64,000 nucleotides of DNA from Eledone cirrhosa (taxonomy: Eukaryota): positions 303,056,001 through 303,120,000 of the forward strand of contig OZ024741.1 in NCBI GenBank assembly GCA_964016885.1, written 5' to 3'. The notes under the pieces were generated by a model. It saw nothing but the letters and a program-made list of their open reading frames with translations, did not search any database and was not told the origin of the DNA. Positions within the stretch are counted from its first letter, which is position 1. Each line of letters begins with the position of its first letter. The translations under genes were made by a program, and so were the position numbers. Positions 1 through 13,630 of the stretch are shown here, one piece after another.

Positions 1-167
1 ACATGTGTGTATGTATGTATGTATGTATGTATGTATGTATGTATGTATATATGTATGTATGTATGTATGTGTGTCTTTGTGTATGTATGTTTGTATGTAT
101 GTATATATGTATGTATGTATGTATGTATATATGTATGTGTCTTTGTGTATGTATGTTTGTATGTATG

Positions 168-201
<34 letters not shown>

Positions 202-293
202 TGTATGTATGTGTGTCTTTGTGTATGTATGTTTGTATGTATGTATGTATGTATATATATATATGTATGTGTGTCTTTGTGTATGTATGTATG

Positions 294-327
<34 letters not shown>

Positions 328-500
328 TGTATGTATGTATATATGTATGTATGTATGTCTTTGTGTATGTATGTATGTATGTATGTATGTATGTATGTAT
401 ATATGTATGTATGTATGTCTTTGTGTATGTATGTATGTATGTATGTATGTATGTATGTATGTATGTATGTGTGTCTTTGTGTATGTATGTTTGTATGTAT
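1..500. repeat. (TATG)n microsatellite with recurring TGTGTCTTTG interruptions
   Basis: Direct reading. It explains the MYVC-type ORFs. Confidence 0.95.
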
Positions 501-612
501 GGATCGGTAACTCATAATAGATCTAATTCCTCTCGGTGTCGGAATACAACCGATATCTGCCAGAGAAGGAGAGTGAGAGAGAGGGAAGGGTATATATATA
601 TATATATATGTA

Positions 613-654
<42 letters not shown>

Positions 655-1114
655 GGAGAGACACACACAATGTTCTAATGACTTACTGCACGGTGGGAAT
701 GATTTGAGCAGTGAGTGAATATACGTATATATTCATTCACAGAAAATGATTTGTGCAACCCGAGGTCATTCCTCACCGAGCAGACCCACGATTAAAGACA
801 ATACTCCAACCATAAACATTCAATTGTTTGTTTATCCCAGACACAATGCATTTAAAACTGTATCTCCCAAAGTGATCCAACCTTTTTTAAGATGGTAGGT
901 TGTGAGATAAACTTGGTTGTTATTTCTACAAGATTAAGGAATCGTATAGTTGCACTTTCAATGAGGTGTCAAGTGAACGTTGTACCAGCCATTATCGGCT
1001 GATTGAGAATTGGTAGAGCTTTTGGACACGTGCCCCAGCATGGCCTCAAGAGGATGGTTGGAACAGGTAAAAAAAGTAAAAGAATAATTCCATTATAGAA
1101 TTTCTCCTGGTCCT

Positions 1115-1255
1115 TTACATTCTGAGTTCAAATTCTAACGAGGTTATCTTTGACTTTCATCCGTCTGGAGTCAATAAAATAAAGTACCAGTCAAATAATG
1201 AGGTTGATTTAATAAAATTTGTTCTCCCACCAAAAAAGAATTGGTGATCTTGTGA
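1115..1255 (+). mobile_element. tRNA-derived SINE, main family, partial copy
   Basis: TTCTGAGTTCAAAT B-box-like motif followed by CTTTCATCC..GTCAATAAAATAAAGTACCAGT, shared with many copies in the window. Confidence 0.75.
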
Positions 1256-1662
1256 GCATACTAGTTTTTCATGCATGCGCGGCTATATGTTATACATATC
1301 TCTTCTTCACAGAACCAAGTTTCAAATAATAGAGTACATATGACGAATAGTCGTTTGCCATTATAATGACAGATTTTATTTATTGCAACGGAATTTCTAG
1401 ATTTTAGTGGTTCTCTAGGGAAATAGGAACTTGCTTCCTTTCAAAAATATACTTCTGAATGATTAGAAATATAAATATGAAAATAATCACGTGAAACGAA
1501 CAAATTCTATGTTATTTAATTTAATTAAGATTGAATTAAAATATTTCTAATATAATTTTAACTATAAATATTTCATTAAGCTGAGAAAATGTTTTACTTA
1601 TGCCTCCCTCACTGCACATAGACGAGCATGAGTATGGATGCCTGAATTTAATTATGCATGTA

Positions 1663-1809
<147 letters not shown>

Positions 1810-2236
1810 ATATATACATACATTTATGTTCTGTTGTTTATATTATGTTGTTAATGTTATATTGTTTACCAATGAGTAGAATTGGTGAATCGGGTTAGTA
1901 AACGATGATGCAATAAATTAAAGTACCCGGCGTTATGCAAATCCTCCATTGCAGATGTGGTAACCCATGGCTGGTGCTGCAACGGGGTTAAATATTCATT
2001 AAAAACAACAAAAGGCTGGACTGGAAACTTTCTTTAAAATTTTCATTCCGCGAAAACACTATACACGTTTCAATGGCCTAGTTTCATCATCCGATCGGTA
2101 TACAAGATTTAGACGATTTTATCAGGTGTTGATTGCAGAATTAGTTATATAACACGGCGAACACAAATAGAGAATAGATAATAGAGGATAGATTTGATTC
2201 GAAGATGGCCTGCCAATTCGCCCAAAACACACGAAA

Positions 2237-2797
2237 TTGAACATTACATATAATCTAGCTAAAAGAATTTGCACAATAGTATCGGACGAATTAGAAAGGG
2301 CTAAAAATATAGATATCCAAGAGACAAGACCAATAAAAAACAAAACCAGGGAAATTGTTTACTATATATCAACTTTCAACTCCAAAAATATCGAAATGTT
2401 TGACCACCTTCGCAAAAATCTTTCTATTTTACATGAAGATGAAAAAATCAAAAAGGAAAAAAAAAAATCAAGAAACACACCAAGTCATCAAGAATAAAAG
2501 ACAGCCCCAAACTCTAAAACATATGCTTACTGAGGCATAAACCCATAAACATCTTTAACCCCAAAAAGCGGTACCTGCTTATACCTAATTGAAGAACCGG
2601 GATTCAAATTTAAGGCTTCACAAACCTTCCCAATAAATGAAAATTTCATCTGCAACTCAGAAAACCTAATATATATGGTTACATGCAATGGATATCTGCA
2701 AAATTATATAGGACATACAGGAATTTCATTTCGCAAAAGAATGACCATACACCGCCAGCAGATCCGTCATGAAAACACGAGATAAATCCCCTTAAGC
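2237..2797 (+). pseudogene. Penelope-like element ORF fragment (RT thumb/linker to GIY-YIG endonuclease), degraded
   Basis: Translates NITYNLAKRICTIVSD...YISTFN...KRQPQTLKHMLT, then NLIYMVTCNGYLQNYIGHTGISFRKRMTIHRQQI (GIY-YIG motif at about 2663-2722). Stops and frameshifts are present. Confidence 0.8.
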
Positions 2798-2946
2798 ATA
2801 TAATATACTGTATGTTTATTTAAAACATTTTGAAGACCATTCGCTATGAGGCTGGACCGGCAACTGCTCTGCTTAATCAGCTCTTAAACATCGCCTGAAT
2901 TCTATAAGAGTTCAACTTCGATAAGTCTCGGCAGAAGCGAGGGGAT

Positions 2947-2995
2947 AAGCAACCTTGATAACCGTTAACAAACGAGAAACAGCTGTCGGTTGCTT
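2947..2995 (+). ncRNA. Type I hammerhead ribozyme, degenerate core
   Basis: Helix I AAGCAACC/GGTTGCTT. Core reads TTGATAA instead of CTGATGA. Helix II CGTT/AACG, then GAAAC-AGCT-GTC. Same family as the 22166 copy (shared GCTGGACCGGCAAC and GAATTCTATAAGA). Confidence 0.6.
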
Positions 2996-3130
2996 CCCTT
3001 TACTTTTGCCGACAACTTTTAAATAAACATACAGTATATTATCAAATATACTATACATACATTCATATATATATATGTATATGTATATATTTTATATGTA
3101 GAAGTAGTTCCACAAAAGTTAGTTCACCAT

Positions 3131-3173
3131 ACCGAGAACAAATGTTTCACCTGATGCGGATCTTCAGCTCGGT
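3131..3173 (-). ncRNA. Type I hammerhead ribozyme (minimal)
   Basis: Minus strand: ACCGAG-CTGAAGA-tccgcatcaggt-GAAAC-attt-GTT-CTCGGT. Helix I is 6 bp and helix II is weak. Confidence 0.7.
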
Positions 3174-3239
3174 CTGAGTGAAGTTGTACGGAAAAGGAAA
3201 AACAACCGTATGAATACGCATGCGTACAACTTCACTCAG

Positions 3240-3281
3240 ACCGAGCTGAAGATCCGCATAAGGTGAACATTTGTTCTCGGT
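3240..3281 (+). ncRNA. Type I hammerhead ribozyme, inverted partner of 3131-3173, one A lost from GAAA
   Basis: ACCGAG-CTGAAGA-tccgcataaggt-GAAC-attt-GTT-CTCGGT. Confidence 0.55.
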
Positions 3282-3371
3282 ATGGTGAACTAACTGTTGT
3301 GGAACTACTTCTACCAAACTCGTCCCATGGACTGAGTGCTCTACTACTACGGATATAACCCTCCAGTGTTC

Positions 3372-3445
<74 letters not shown>

Positions 3446-3854
3446 GCAACAGCATATGATACACTTTAAACGTGATGAAAACGCATCAAACGATCAATAG
3501 CTACAAAATATAAAATTTAATTGGGAAACCATTGATCAAAATATGAAGGGGCTAAATTTATTAACCACCTGGTTCGCTCATTTCATTATCGTTTTCTCTT
3601 TATAAGTGCTTATTTAATTATGAAAGTGCATTACCCCAACCTCACACACATAATTCGAACATACACACAGCTGCAAACACCAATATATATACATATTTAA
3701 GAATAAATGGATATATATAATTAAAGCATAATAATTGTTGAGTAAGTCCGCAACATGGAAAACGTATCATAAGTACGTACGATGTCTGAACATGCTTATA
3801 TATATATATATATGTGCATATGTATGTGTTTATCTCTATAAGAACACACACATG

Positions 3855-3993
<139 letters not shown>

Positions 3994-4284
3994 AGCCGTG
4001 GCTGAACGGTAAAGAAGCGTGCTTCACAACCATACATTCACGTTCAACCTCATCCCGTAGCTACATGTACGTACATGGACAAGATGATTTCACCATATAT
4101 ACTTGGTCTGACTAAATGTATATATTTATATATATATATATTTGTGATATTTTATTTTTTACGGTTTGAACTAAATATTTTCAGAGTTTCATCAGATGTT
4201 GTCAAAAAATGAATAATATAGACACAAGTAAAAATGGGGACAGTTTCTTTTGAGTCATCCTGTATATACATTCATACACACACA

Positions 4285-4374
<90 letters not shown>

Positions 4375-4378
<4 letters not shown>

Positions 4379-4596
4379 AACCAGTAAGACCCCGACAGCT
4401 GAGCTCAAGCCGTTTCGACGGCTAATTCAAGCCGTTTCGACGGCTAATTCGACGGCTAATTCTAAGAATTAGCCGTCGAAACGGCTTGAGCTCAGCTGTC
4501 GGGGTCTTACTGGTTCCTATTACCCACTCTACTACCTCAAGTATTGAGTACTTTGGTGCGTTATGGTCCACCTGGTTCCTTACCACATTTCCTTCG

Positions 4597-4598
<2 letters not shown>
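4375..4598 (+). mobile_element. Palindrome + tail insert (family A) carrying the 3' half of a hammerhead
   Basis: Palindrome about 4375-4520 centred on GACGGCTAATTC/GAATTAGCCGTC, followed by GAAACGGC-TTGAGCTCA-GCTGTC. Tail about 80 bp, (TA)n on both sides. Relatives at 27175, 45270, 45846 and 59740. Confidence 0.75.
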
Positions 4599-4640
<42 letters not shown>

Positions 4641-4745
4641 ATGTATGTATATATGTATAAATATATATATATATAGTGCAAATTTATATGGGAACAAAAC
4701 AGAAAGGTTTATTAGGTTCAAGCTTTTGAGAGTGGGGGGGGGGGG

Positions 4746-4808
<63 letters not shown>

Positions 4809-4813
<5 letters not shown>

Positions 4814-5054
4814 GGTGTCCCCAAAACATGCATACATTCTTCAACAGCATTCTAATAAATAATTGTTTCTACTTTTAGGCACAAGGCCACCAAATACCCA
4901 GTGCATTACTGGTACTTTATTTTATCGACCCCGTAAGGATGAAAGGCAAAGTCAACCTTGGCGGGATTTGAACTCAGATCGTTCAAATTCAGAGCATTCT
5001 AATAAATAATGCCTGTACAGTTAATCAAAGTGTGTATACATTTTTAGGACACCC

Positions 5055-5058
<4 letters not shown>
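4809..5058. mobile_element. Tc1/mariner-type MITE with a nested SINE
   Basis: TIRs TACAGGGTGTCCCCAAAA / TTTTTAGGACACCCTGAA in TA context. SINE at 4864-4992 (minus) is flanked by an 18-bp direct repeat AGCATTCTAATAAATAAT (4846-4863, 4993-5010). Confidence 0.7.
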
Positions 5059-5104
<46 letters not shown>

Positions 5105-5145
5105 CGAAACATAAGTCAATTGCATGAACTCATAATCCTTTATTT

Positions 5146-5201
5146 ACTGCTATATATATTTCGATGATAGCCATTGAATGGCTATGACCTCATCAGGCAG
5201 T
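5146..5201 (-). ncRNA. Type I hammerhead ribozyme
   Basis: Minus strand: ACTGC-CTGATGA-ggtcATAGCCATtcaATGGCTATcatc-GAAA-TATATA-TA-GCAGT, followed by AATAAA. Confidence 0.85.
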
Positions 5202-5368
5202 TAGTCAGTTCTTAGATATGCCAGCTCTGTGTTTATAGTGTTGATGGTATCAGAGCCTTGGGACACATATATATATATATATATATATAATATATATATG
5301 TTTGTGTGTATATGTATATACACGCATTACGCCCACCTATCTACACACACACACATACATACATCTTC

Positions 5369-5432
<64 letters not shown>

Positions 5433-5452
5433 GGAGATGTATATATATGTAT

Positions 5453-5520
<68 letters not shown>

Positions 5521-5769
5521 ACATACATATATACATAAACATATACATGGGAAACACGTTGGCCACTTTCATAGATGACTAAATCTTGTTACATGCAATA
5601 TTCGTGTTTAAGATAGAAAATTAAAATATTATTTCATTTGTCAATCTGAAGATATAGTTGCTTTAGTATTTGTTATGGAGTCGGTGGTAGGTCAGTAAGT
5701 ACTTATTGTACCATACACTAACACATTCATATGGTCTAGCAATATACGAGTAATTAACTAATCATAACA

Positions 5770-6270
<501 letters not shown>

Positions 6271-6961
6271 TAGTATGTATTTAGCAAAGTAATGATTTAT
6301 TACGTAGTTGTACAAGGCTAACATTTTGTAAGGGGAGTTCTGAAGTCAATTGTATCGACCCTTATTTTATAGAGGAAGGGTGAAAGAAAATCTGCCTCCT
6401 CCCCTCTCTCCAGCAACATTGAAACTCTGGTCGTAGAAAAATGAAAGTAAATACTTTAAAAGATTTATTACGATGCCCTGCAATTTCTGCTATATTCTGA
6501 TGCCTTTTGTAGGTGAAATATTGCTTACCAATTAGTGGAGTGTAGGCATGTTTCGTAAATGTGGCAATTATGAATTTTAAGATTATTTACTCATAATTCT
6601 TAATAAAGACTACTAATCAAAAACAAGTGTTCGTATAAAGTGTTGCAAAATAAATATATTATTAAAATAAAGTAATTTCAAAATTTAATTATTAAACACT
6701 TTCGTTAGGGCTCCCTTCCCACAAAACGGTCGAAGAAAACAGATTAATTAATAATAGAGACATATATGAAACTATATATGGTATGTTTATTCGTAATAAT
6801 TGTTTCCCCTATAGGCATAAGGCCAGCAATTTGAAGGGGAAGGGAAAGTCGATTAAATCAACACCAGTACATTACTGGTGCTTTATTTTGTCAACCACGT
6901 AAAGATGAAAAACAAAGCTAACTACAACAGGACTGTATATGGGACTGTTTGTGTATAACAA

Positions 6962-7155
6962 TTATTTCTACTTTGGGCACAAGGCCAACCTTTTGAAGGG
7001 GAAGGGAAAGTCGATTAAAGTCGATTTTATCGACCCCGTAAGGATGAACGGCAAAGCTAACCTCGGCGGGATTTGAACTCAGAACGTAAAGGGCCGTAAC
7101 CCTATGCGGGAAAGCATAGTGTCTCACGCTCTACCGATACTGACAATCCATCGCT
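6962..7155 (-). mobile_element. tRNA-derived SINE, main family, near full length
   Basis: Reverse complement reads ...GTATCGGTAGAGCG...TTCTGAGTTCAAATCCCGCCGAGGTTAGCTTTGCC.TTCATCCTTACGGGGTCGATAAAAT. From memory the core resembles the Meta-SINE domain. A partial copy lies at about 6800-6920. Confidence 0.85.
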
Positions 7156-7485
7156 CACTGTTTATGCATAACAACGAACATATATAGGTATCGCTAGGAA
7201 TGTTTTAAACTGTGATCATGTCACAGTAATCTCAGCCGTGTGAAAACGACAGACTCTATTGTTTCAGGATCGTTAATCTATCATCGGTGACGTTTGGTGA
7301 AATATTTTGTAAAGTCTTTCATTGAAATTTGGTGGAAGGTTTTCGTGAACATTTTTTGTAAAAAAATTTTATGAATTATAGAGGAATTATTTTTTGTATT
7401 TCACCAATGTATATTAGTGAAGGTTATAATCAGCAGTAAAACCTGTGCTATTTGAAATTTTTACAGACACTATATATATATATAC

Positions 7486-7566
<81 letters not shown>

Positions 7567-7568
7567 TT

Positions 7569-7610
<42 letters not shown>

Positions 7611-7929
7611 AATACATGGACAGGAGACAGAAAGATGCAGTTTGAGAAAGATATGATTGATACTTGTAGCATGTCAAGCGATCTATATGTTATACTAAAT
7701 TTGTGCAACAATCTATCTATATACTTCTAAAACTCTGTGATTGCATGCTTGCTTGCTTGTCTGTAATGTAATACAGCCAAAAGGGCGCATAATAGGAAAA
7801 TACTTTGAAAGGAAGTTGACTCTGAAATGCGAATACAAATGGAATAAAACAAGTTTCGCGTAAATCGGAGCACGGGTTCCCGAAATATGGGGTTTTTCCG
7901 GGTACCTTCATAAATCCAGAGGGAGAGAG

Positions 7930-8002
<73 letters not shown>

Positions 8003-8599
8003 TTGTGAGGGAGTAGATTGAAAGTGAGACATTGAGAGAGGGAGAGGAGACAGAGAAGGAGAATGGAAGAGAGAGAGAGAGCGCTGGTGGTGTTGTTGTG
8101 TATATATACATATGTGAGTGTGTGTGTGTATATATATATATGTGTGTATATATATGTGTGTGTGTGTGTCTATGACCAGTGTATATAGATCATAGACAAC
8201 CACACATATATATATATATACACACATATATATATACATGTATTCAAACACACACATTTATATATATACATACACACACATATATATATATGGGCCTTGC
8301 AGTTTCATTTCACATTATATACATGTCTTTGTATATTTTAATTATCTAAAAATTATTTTTTAGTGAACATGATTTTTAAATAATATTTTGAAGACAACGT
8401 GACCCAACGAGTCACGGGTGGTCTCGTATAAAATAAATCCCCTTATAGTTTAAAAAATACCGTAGTTCAAGAGGCACGGATAGAAGTAGAGCGAAAAAAA
8501 AGTATACGAGTAAACTCCTTGATAAGAATATACATTAAGCCCTAATGCCAAGAATATACATTAAGCCCAATCAACTCATTTGATTCCGTTCATGTTTAA

Positions 8600-8830
8600 G
8601 TTGATGAAATAACGAAGTATGCCGAATTATAGGCCTATCGCACGATTCGCAATTGCTTTGTCAGTCATCCTTGATTTTTCTTTTTTTAGACCTTGATACT
8701 CCTTATACAATTTCTGAATTGAAGAGCGGTTGTTTTTTTCCCGTTTTGGTAGAGATATTTGCTTTTCCCCACATTTCCTGGATCTTCTGGCTGATGTCTT
8801 TTGTCTGAAATTGTCCCCCCGAGTTCGACG
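8600..8830 (-). pseudogene. Possible DNA-transposase fragment
   Basis: Translation SIQKLYKEYQGLKKEKSRMTDKA resembles N-terminal segments of invertebrate transposases. This is recognition only, with no catalytic motif seen. Confidence 0.3.
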
Positions 8831-10447
8831 TGATGGTAGAGAAGACAACAACACTTGTGGTGATGGTGGTGGTTTTGCTGATGGTGGTGGTGGTGGTGCA
8901 GCAATAATGGTATTGTCAGAGGTTGTGTTATATAGCCTGGTTGCAATCAACAAGTGTTGAAGTAACTATTTTTCATTCTTTTAGCATAACATTAAAAAAG
9001 CACCAAACTGTGTAATCCCTAAATATATCTGTATCTTCGCATATTTTTGCATGTGTAGCTTTTATATAAAATTGATTCCGGGCACAATCGACATGAGGTG
9101 ATTCTAACAAAGCAATTTTCCTTATAAATATGAAACACCCTAATATTCACGCATTAGCTGGGAATCGCTATATTAAAATTCTCTTTAGCAAACATCGAAT
9201 ATAAAGTTAAGGCCCCCAAAAATATAAGAGTAAAATGAGACGTTGATAATTAATAGAATAATCGGAGCCGGTATACAAAGATATGTTATAAACAAATCCA
9301 TAGTAAACAGAAAGCATGTAAACACATATGGAAGTTAAAGTTTAATATATACAATATCAGCATTGCCAATCTGGTTGAGTCATGAATTTACCGGATTAAA
9401 TAATTGGCGTTTTAAACGGTACAGTATAACGAGTTTAATTACATGCTCGTGTGAAGAAGAAGAAAATCTATCGTTCGCTTTAGCCTTTTGCTACACGTGC
9501 ACTGATTGTAGGCAGTGCACTCATGTCCTTCCCCCACTGTTCTTTCTCTTCATATTTCTGCTACGCGTGCATTGCCCGTGGATAGTGCCCATTTGCCTCA
9601 GTGCCAAAACGTTCGTCTTTTTGCTACTCGTACACTGTCTGTAGGCATGCCCACTTGCCTCGGCGCCGAAGGTTCATTCACTTCGTTATTCTGCAATGCG
9701 TGCACTGTCTGTTGGTAGTGCCCGCTTTCATTGGCCTTGAGCGTCGATAGTGTTCACCTGCATATCAGCATCATTCATTCGCTCTCGGCTACCTCTCGCT
9801 AGATGCGCTCCAATTGTGCTCTCCCGCATCGGCTTCGAGCGTTCGCTTTCAGGTGCTTCCTACGGGACACGTACCTCTAGTGCTCGCCCTCATCAACTAC
9901 GTGCGTTCGGCTGACATCCGCTGGGCACACATCAGTGGTGCTCTCCCGCATCGAGTTTAAAATGTGAAATATGCAAGCAGAGGTGTGTGGTTAAGAAGGT
10001 CGCTTCATATGCGCGTATTCCTGGATTCAATTCCTTTGCCTGGTATCTAGAGCAAGTGCCTTCTACAGTGGCTTTATCAGTGACATTTTGTCAGAAGCTG
10101 TCAATTTACGTTTACCAGAGTTACCGTGATGCAACTGTAATACAGATCGATATCTATGAGTTAGGTGTCCTAGCACAGCCGTAGTCTAATGATAAAACAG
10201 AACAAATTTCAACATGCTATTAGATGCCTAAGTTCTTTCTTAGGAAAAGCCTCTTGTTCTTGTATGCAGAAATCAGATATGACGCTGGAGATCATGTGAC
10301 TGGTTAATAGTATCCGGTTCCGTTTAAAAGTGTTGGACTTTATACATTATTTCTTTCAATACACCGAGAATTACGGTCGACCAAATAAGAATGGGTGCTA
10401 GAAAGCTTTAATTATTGATTTGGTTATTCTGGTTATCACATTCTTAC

Positions 10448-10484
<37 letters not shown>

Positions 10485-10505
10485 AACACATATACATATA
10501 TATAT

Positions 10506-10610
<105 letters not shown>

Positions 10611-10647
10611 GTATATATATATATATATTATATATATATATATGCGC

Positions 10648-10683
<36 letters not shown>

Positions 10684-11072
10684 GTGTGTGTACATAGAAA
10701 CTCACACACACATACGAAAAACAACACAAGCACAGCACCACAACCACTATTAGCAAAACATGCAAGTGGGGGTCTGCTTTTGATGTTGTTTTCTGAAATA
10801 TTAATTTCCTAAAACTGATGACTCCACCAGGTGACGCTACGAGCAGCAGGTGTGGTCTGAGCAGTAGCAGTACTAGTGCCCAGCTAGATTTTTTCGTCTC
10901 ACCCTTACTACAAATATAAACTACTCATATCTATTTTTATTTTTTATTTTTATCCTTCCTCTTCTTGACTTTTGTTTTTGTTTTATTCTTCGGTAAGTTT
11001 CAGTAACACACCTATACATAACCATCGGAGAATACAGACCTACGTACACACACATACACACACATATACACA

Positions 11073-11125
<53 letters not shown>

Positions 11126-11179
11126 GCATATATATATCTATATACACAAACATACATATATGTATATGTAGATATACAT

Positions 11180-11212
<33 letters not shown>

Positions 11213-11247
11213 CAGTCACACACACACTTACACACACAAACAAACAA

Positions 11248-11298
<51 letters not shown>

Positions 11299-11350
11299 CA
11301 TATATATACGGTATATTAACAAATGGAAACTATATTTATAAAACCATATT

Positions 11351-11415
11351 TATTTTATTATACATATTTCAAGGACACCAAGTCAAATTATGGTGCGCTT
11401 TCATCAGATAAAATA
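11351..11415 (-). ncRNA. Type I hammerhead ribozyme (family B)
   Basis: Minus strand: TATTTTAT-CTGATGA-aagcGCACCA..TGGTGTcctt-GAAA-TATGTA-TA-ATAAAATA. Confidence 0.85.
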
Positions 11416-11589
11416 TAATATAGATCAGTTTTATAAATAAATATTGACATACCCTTAAAGAATGCGACTATTTCTGTTGGAAGTTCCCGGATAGTGGGGT
11501 TATTAAATTTATTTAGTTTATTATGCAAATTAGTGTCGGATATGTTTAAATCACAGTAGATTTAAAATAAGCCGTTGGGGTATGGAAAG

Positions 11590-11860
11590 GGGGAAAGAAA
11601 AGAAAAAGAAAAAGAGAAAAAAGAAAAAAGAAAAAAGAAAAAAGAAAAAAGAAAAAAGAAAAAAGAAAAAAGAAAAAAGAAAAAAGAAAAAAAGAAAAAA
11701 GAAAAAAGAAAAAAGAAAAAAGAAAAAAGAAAAAAGAAAAAAAGAAAAAAGAAAAAAGAAAAAGAAAAGAAAAAAGAAAAAAAAGCAAACTCAAAGAGGA
11801 AAATAAGAAAACAAGAGAAAGAGAAAGAGAAAGAGGAAGAGAAAGAGAATAAAAAAAAAA
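11590..11860. repeat. (GAAAAAA)n purine-rich repeat
   Basis: Direct reading. It is the source of the poly-K/E ORFs. Confidence 0.9.
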
Positions 11861-12114
11861 TATATATATATACACGAAAAGTAAACTAATAATCCACATT
11901 GAGAAACGATGCATTTTAATTAAGATATAAATTTGTTCAACGCTTGATATAGTAGGAAAATCTTCTAAACCTATCAGACGTTAGTCCCTCACCAGAAGAT
12001 AGAATGAGAGATAAAAGGAGACATAGAATGACAAATACGAGTAAGAAGATGAAACGGATTTCCTTCTCTTTTGGAGAGAAAGCACGTATGCATTTTGTCC
12101 GCCATTTGGGGAAG

Positions 12115-12174
<60 letters not shown>

Positions 12175-12224
12175 CCCGACATTCACAATCCCGGTTATTC
12201 TCCGAATTTTCCTTAGTACCTAAC

Positions 12225-12492
12225 TAATAATTATTCGTGGAAACCACCGCATATTCGCGAAATCGTAAATATCTTCCACGATTTTTTAATGGCTTTTTCC
12301 GTGGCAATATATATTTTTTCACGCCTTTTAACCCCGAATTATTAATAACAATATACCGTATTTGCCGGCCTATATTTAGCGTTATGTTTTGACGTTTATA
12401 GGCATTTTTATGGACCACGTCCAATATTCGCGGTTTTTCACTCTTCGCGAGTATTCTAGGAACGTATCCCCGCGAATGCAGGGGGACAACTG

Positions 12493-12493
<1 letters not shown>
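12225..12493 (-). mobile_element. Tigger/pogo-like DNA transposon end fragment
   Basis: Reverse complement starts TA-CAGTTGTCCCCCTGCATTCGCGGGGATACGTTCC, resembling Tigger/MER2-type termini. It sits between (TA)n tracts. Confidence 0.5.
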
Positions 12494-12553
<60 letters not shown>

Positions 12554-12595
12554 CTTCCCCAAATGGCGGACAAAATGCATACGTGCTTTCTCTCC

Positions 12596-13346
12596 AAAGG
12601 CAGACTGTATGATGCGTGTATCCGAACAGCGATGTTGCATGGTAGTGAGACCTGGGCGCTGAAGGTGGAAGACTTACGTAGATTAGAGAGAAACGAAGCC
12701 TGCATGCTCCGATGGATGTGTAACAGTAATATACGTGAACGACAAAGCATAAATGAATTGAGAGAGAGACTGAGCATAAGAGGAATCAAATGCTGCGTGC
12801 AGGAGAGGCGGTTACGCTGGTATGGACATGTGATGCGTATGAAGGATGACAGCTGCATAAAAAGGTGCAGAGCACTAGAAGTTGATGGAAACCGCGGAGT
12901 GGGGAGACCCAAGATGACTTGGGATGAGGTGATAAAAGCCGACCTTACCCAACTACACCTCTCAAAGTCAATGACACACGACCGTGACTTCTGGCGTCAC
13001 GCAGTAATACAGGGTACCCGACCTCCCATGGGTACATGCTGAAGCATATAAACAATATGCCCCCCCCCCCCCACCGCAAGGTGGTCGTGGAGGTGCCACG
13101 GCAAAAAAGCACCCAGCCCACACTGTAAAGTGGACGTGTAGGCGCCACGAAAAAGCACCCAGCACTCACTGTAAATGAGGTTGGTGTTAGGAAGGGCATC
13201 CAGCTGTAGAAATCAAGCCAGATCAGTTCCTGTATGAGCAAAGCATGGTCAGCCGACCAGACACTGCCCACAACAGGACAACCCGTCTAACCCATGCTAG
13301 CGTGGAAGAACGGACGTAAAACGGTGATGATGATGATGATGATGAT
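12596..13346 (+). mobile_element. RTE-clade LINE 3' fragment
   Basis: KGRLYDACIRTAMLHGSETW...ERRLRWYGHVMRM...GRPKMTWDEVIKADL*, then a 3' UTR and a (GAT)n tail. Confidence 0.9.
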
Positions 13347-13552
13347 ATATATATATATACATACATGACAAGTAAGTTTGTTTTGAAACAGCGAGCGAGT
13401 TTGAAAATAGAAATAGAAGCTTTCACCGTAATTTTGACTAAAGAAATTTTAGCCTGATAGTGTGGTTTAGAACCCTCTAAGAAATGGATTAGCAAAAAAT
13501 ACGACTTCTATTTCTATTATATATAATATAAAAATTCAGTTTCTATTTCTAT

Positions 13553-13630
<78 letters not shown>

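Larger units (their letters stand above)
3098..3375. mobile_element. HHR-bearing inverted-repeat + tail insert between TA-rich tracts
   Basis: Arms 3098-3190 and 3223-3314, unique tail to about 3375, then (TA)n. Confidence 0.75.

Noticed and set aside
7245-7295. Additional HHR-like strings (also about 2058-2092, 4160-4200, 14205-14245, 33755-33815, 44705-44760, 46421-46465, 50201-50255)
   Set aside because: Each has a partial core but no convincing helix I, or has several core mutations. They cannot be separated from chance without a covariance model.
9470-9960. GC-richer segment with internal repeats (GTGCTCTCCCGCATCG twice) as an exon or LTR
   Set aside because: No recognisable protein motif, second LTR or primer-binding site. 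Left unassigned.
11575-11889. Lysine-rich basic protein
   Set aside because: It is the (GAAAAAA)n repeat, open in several frames.
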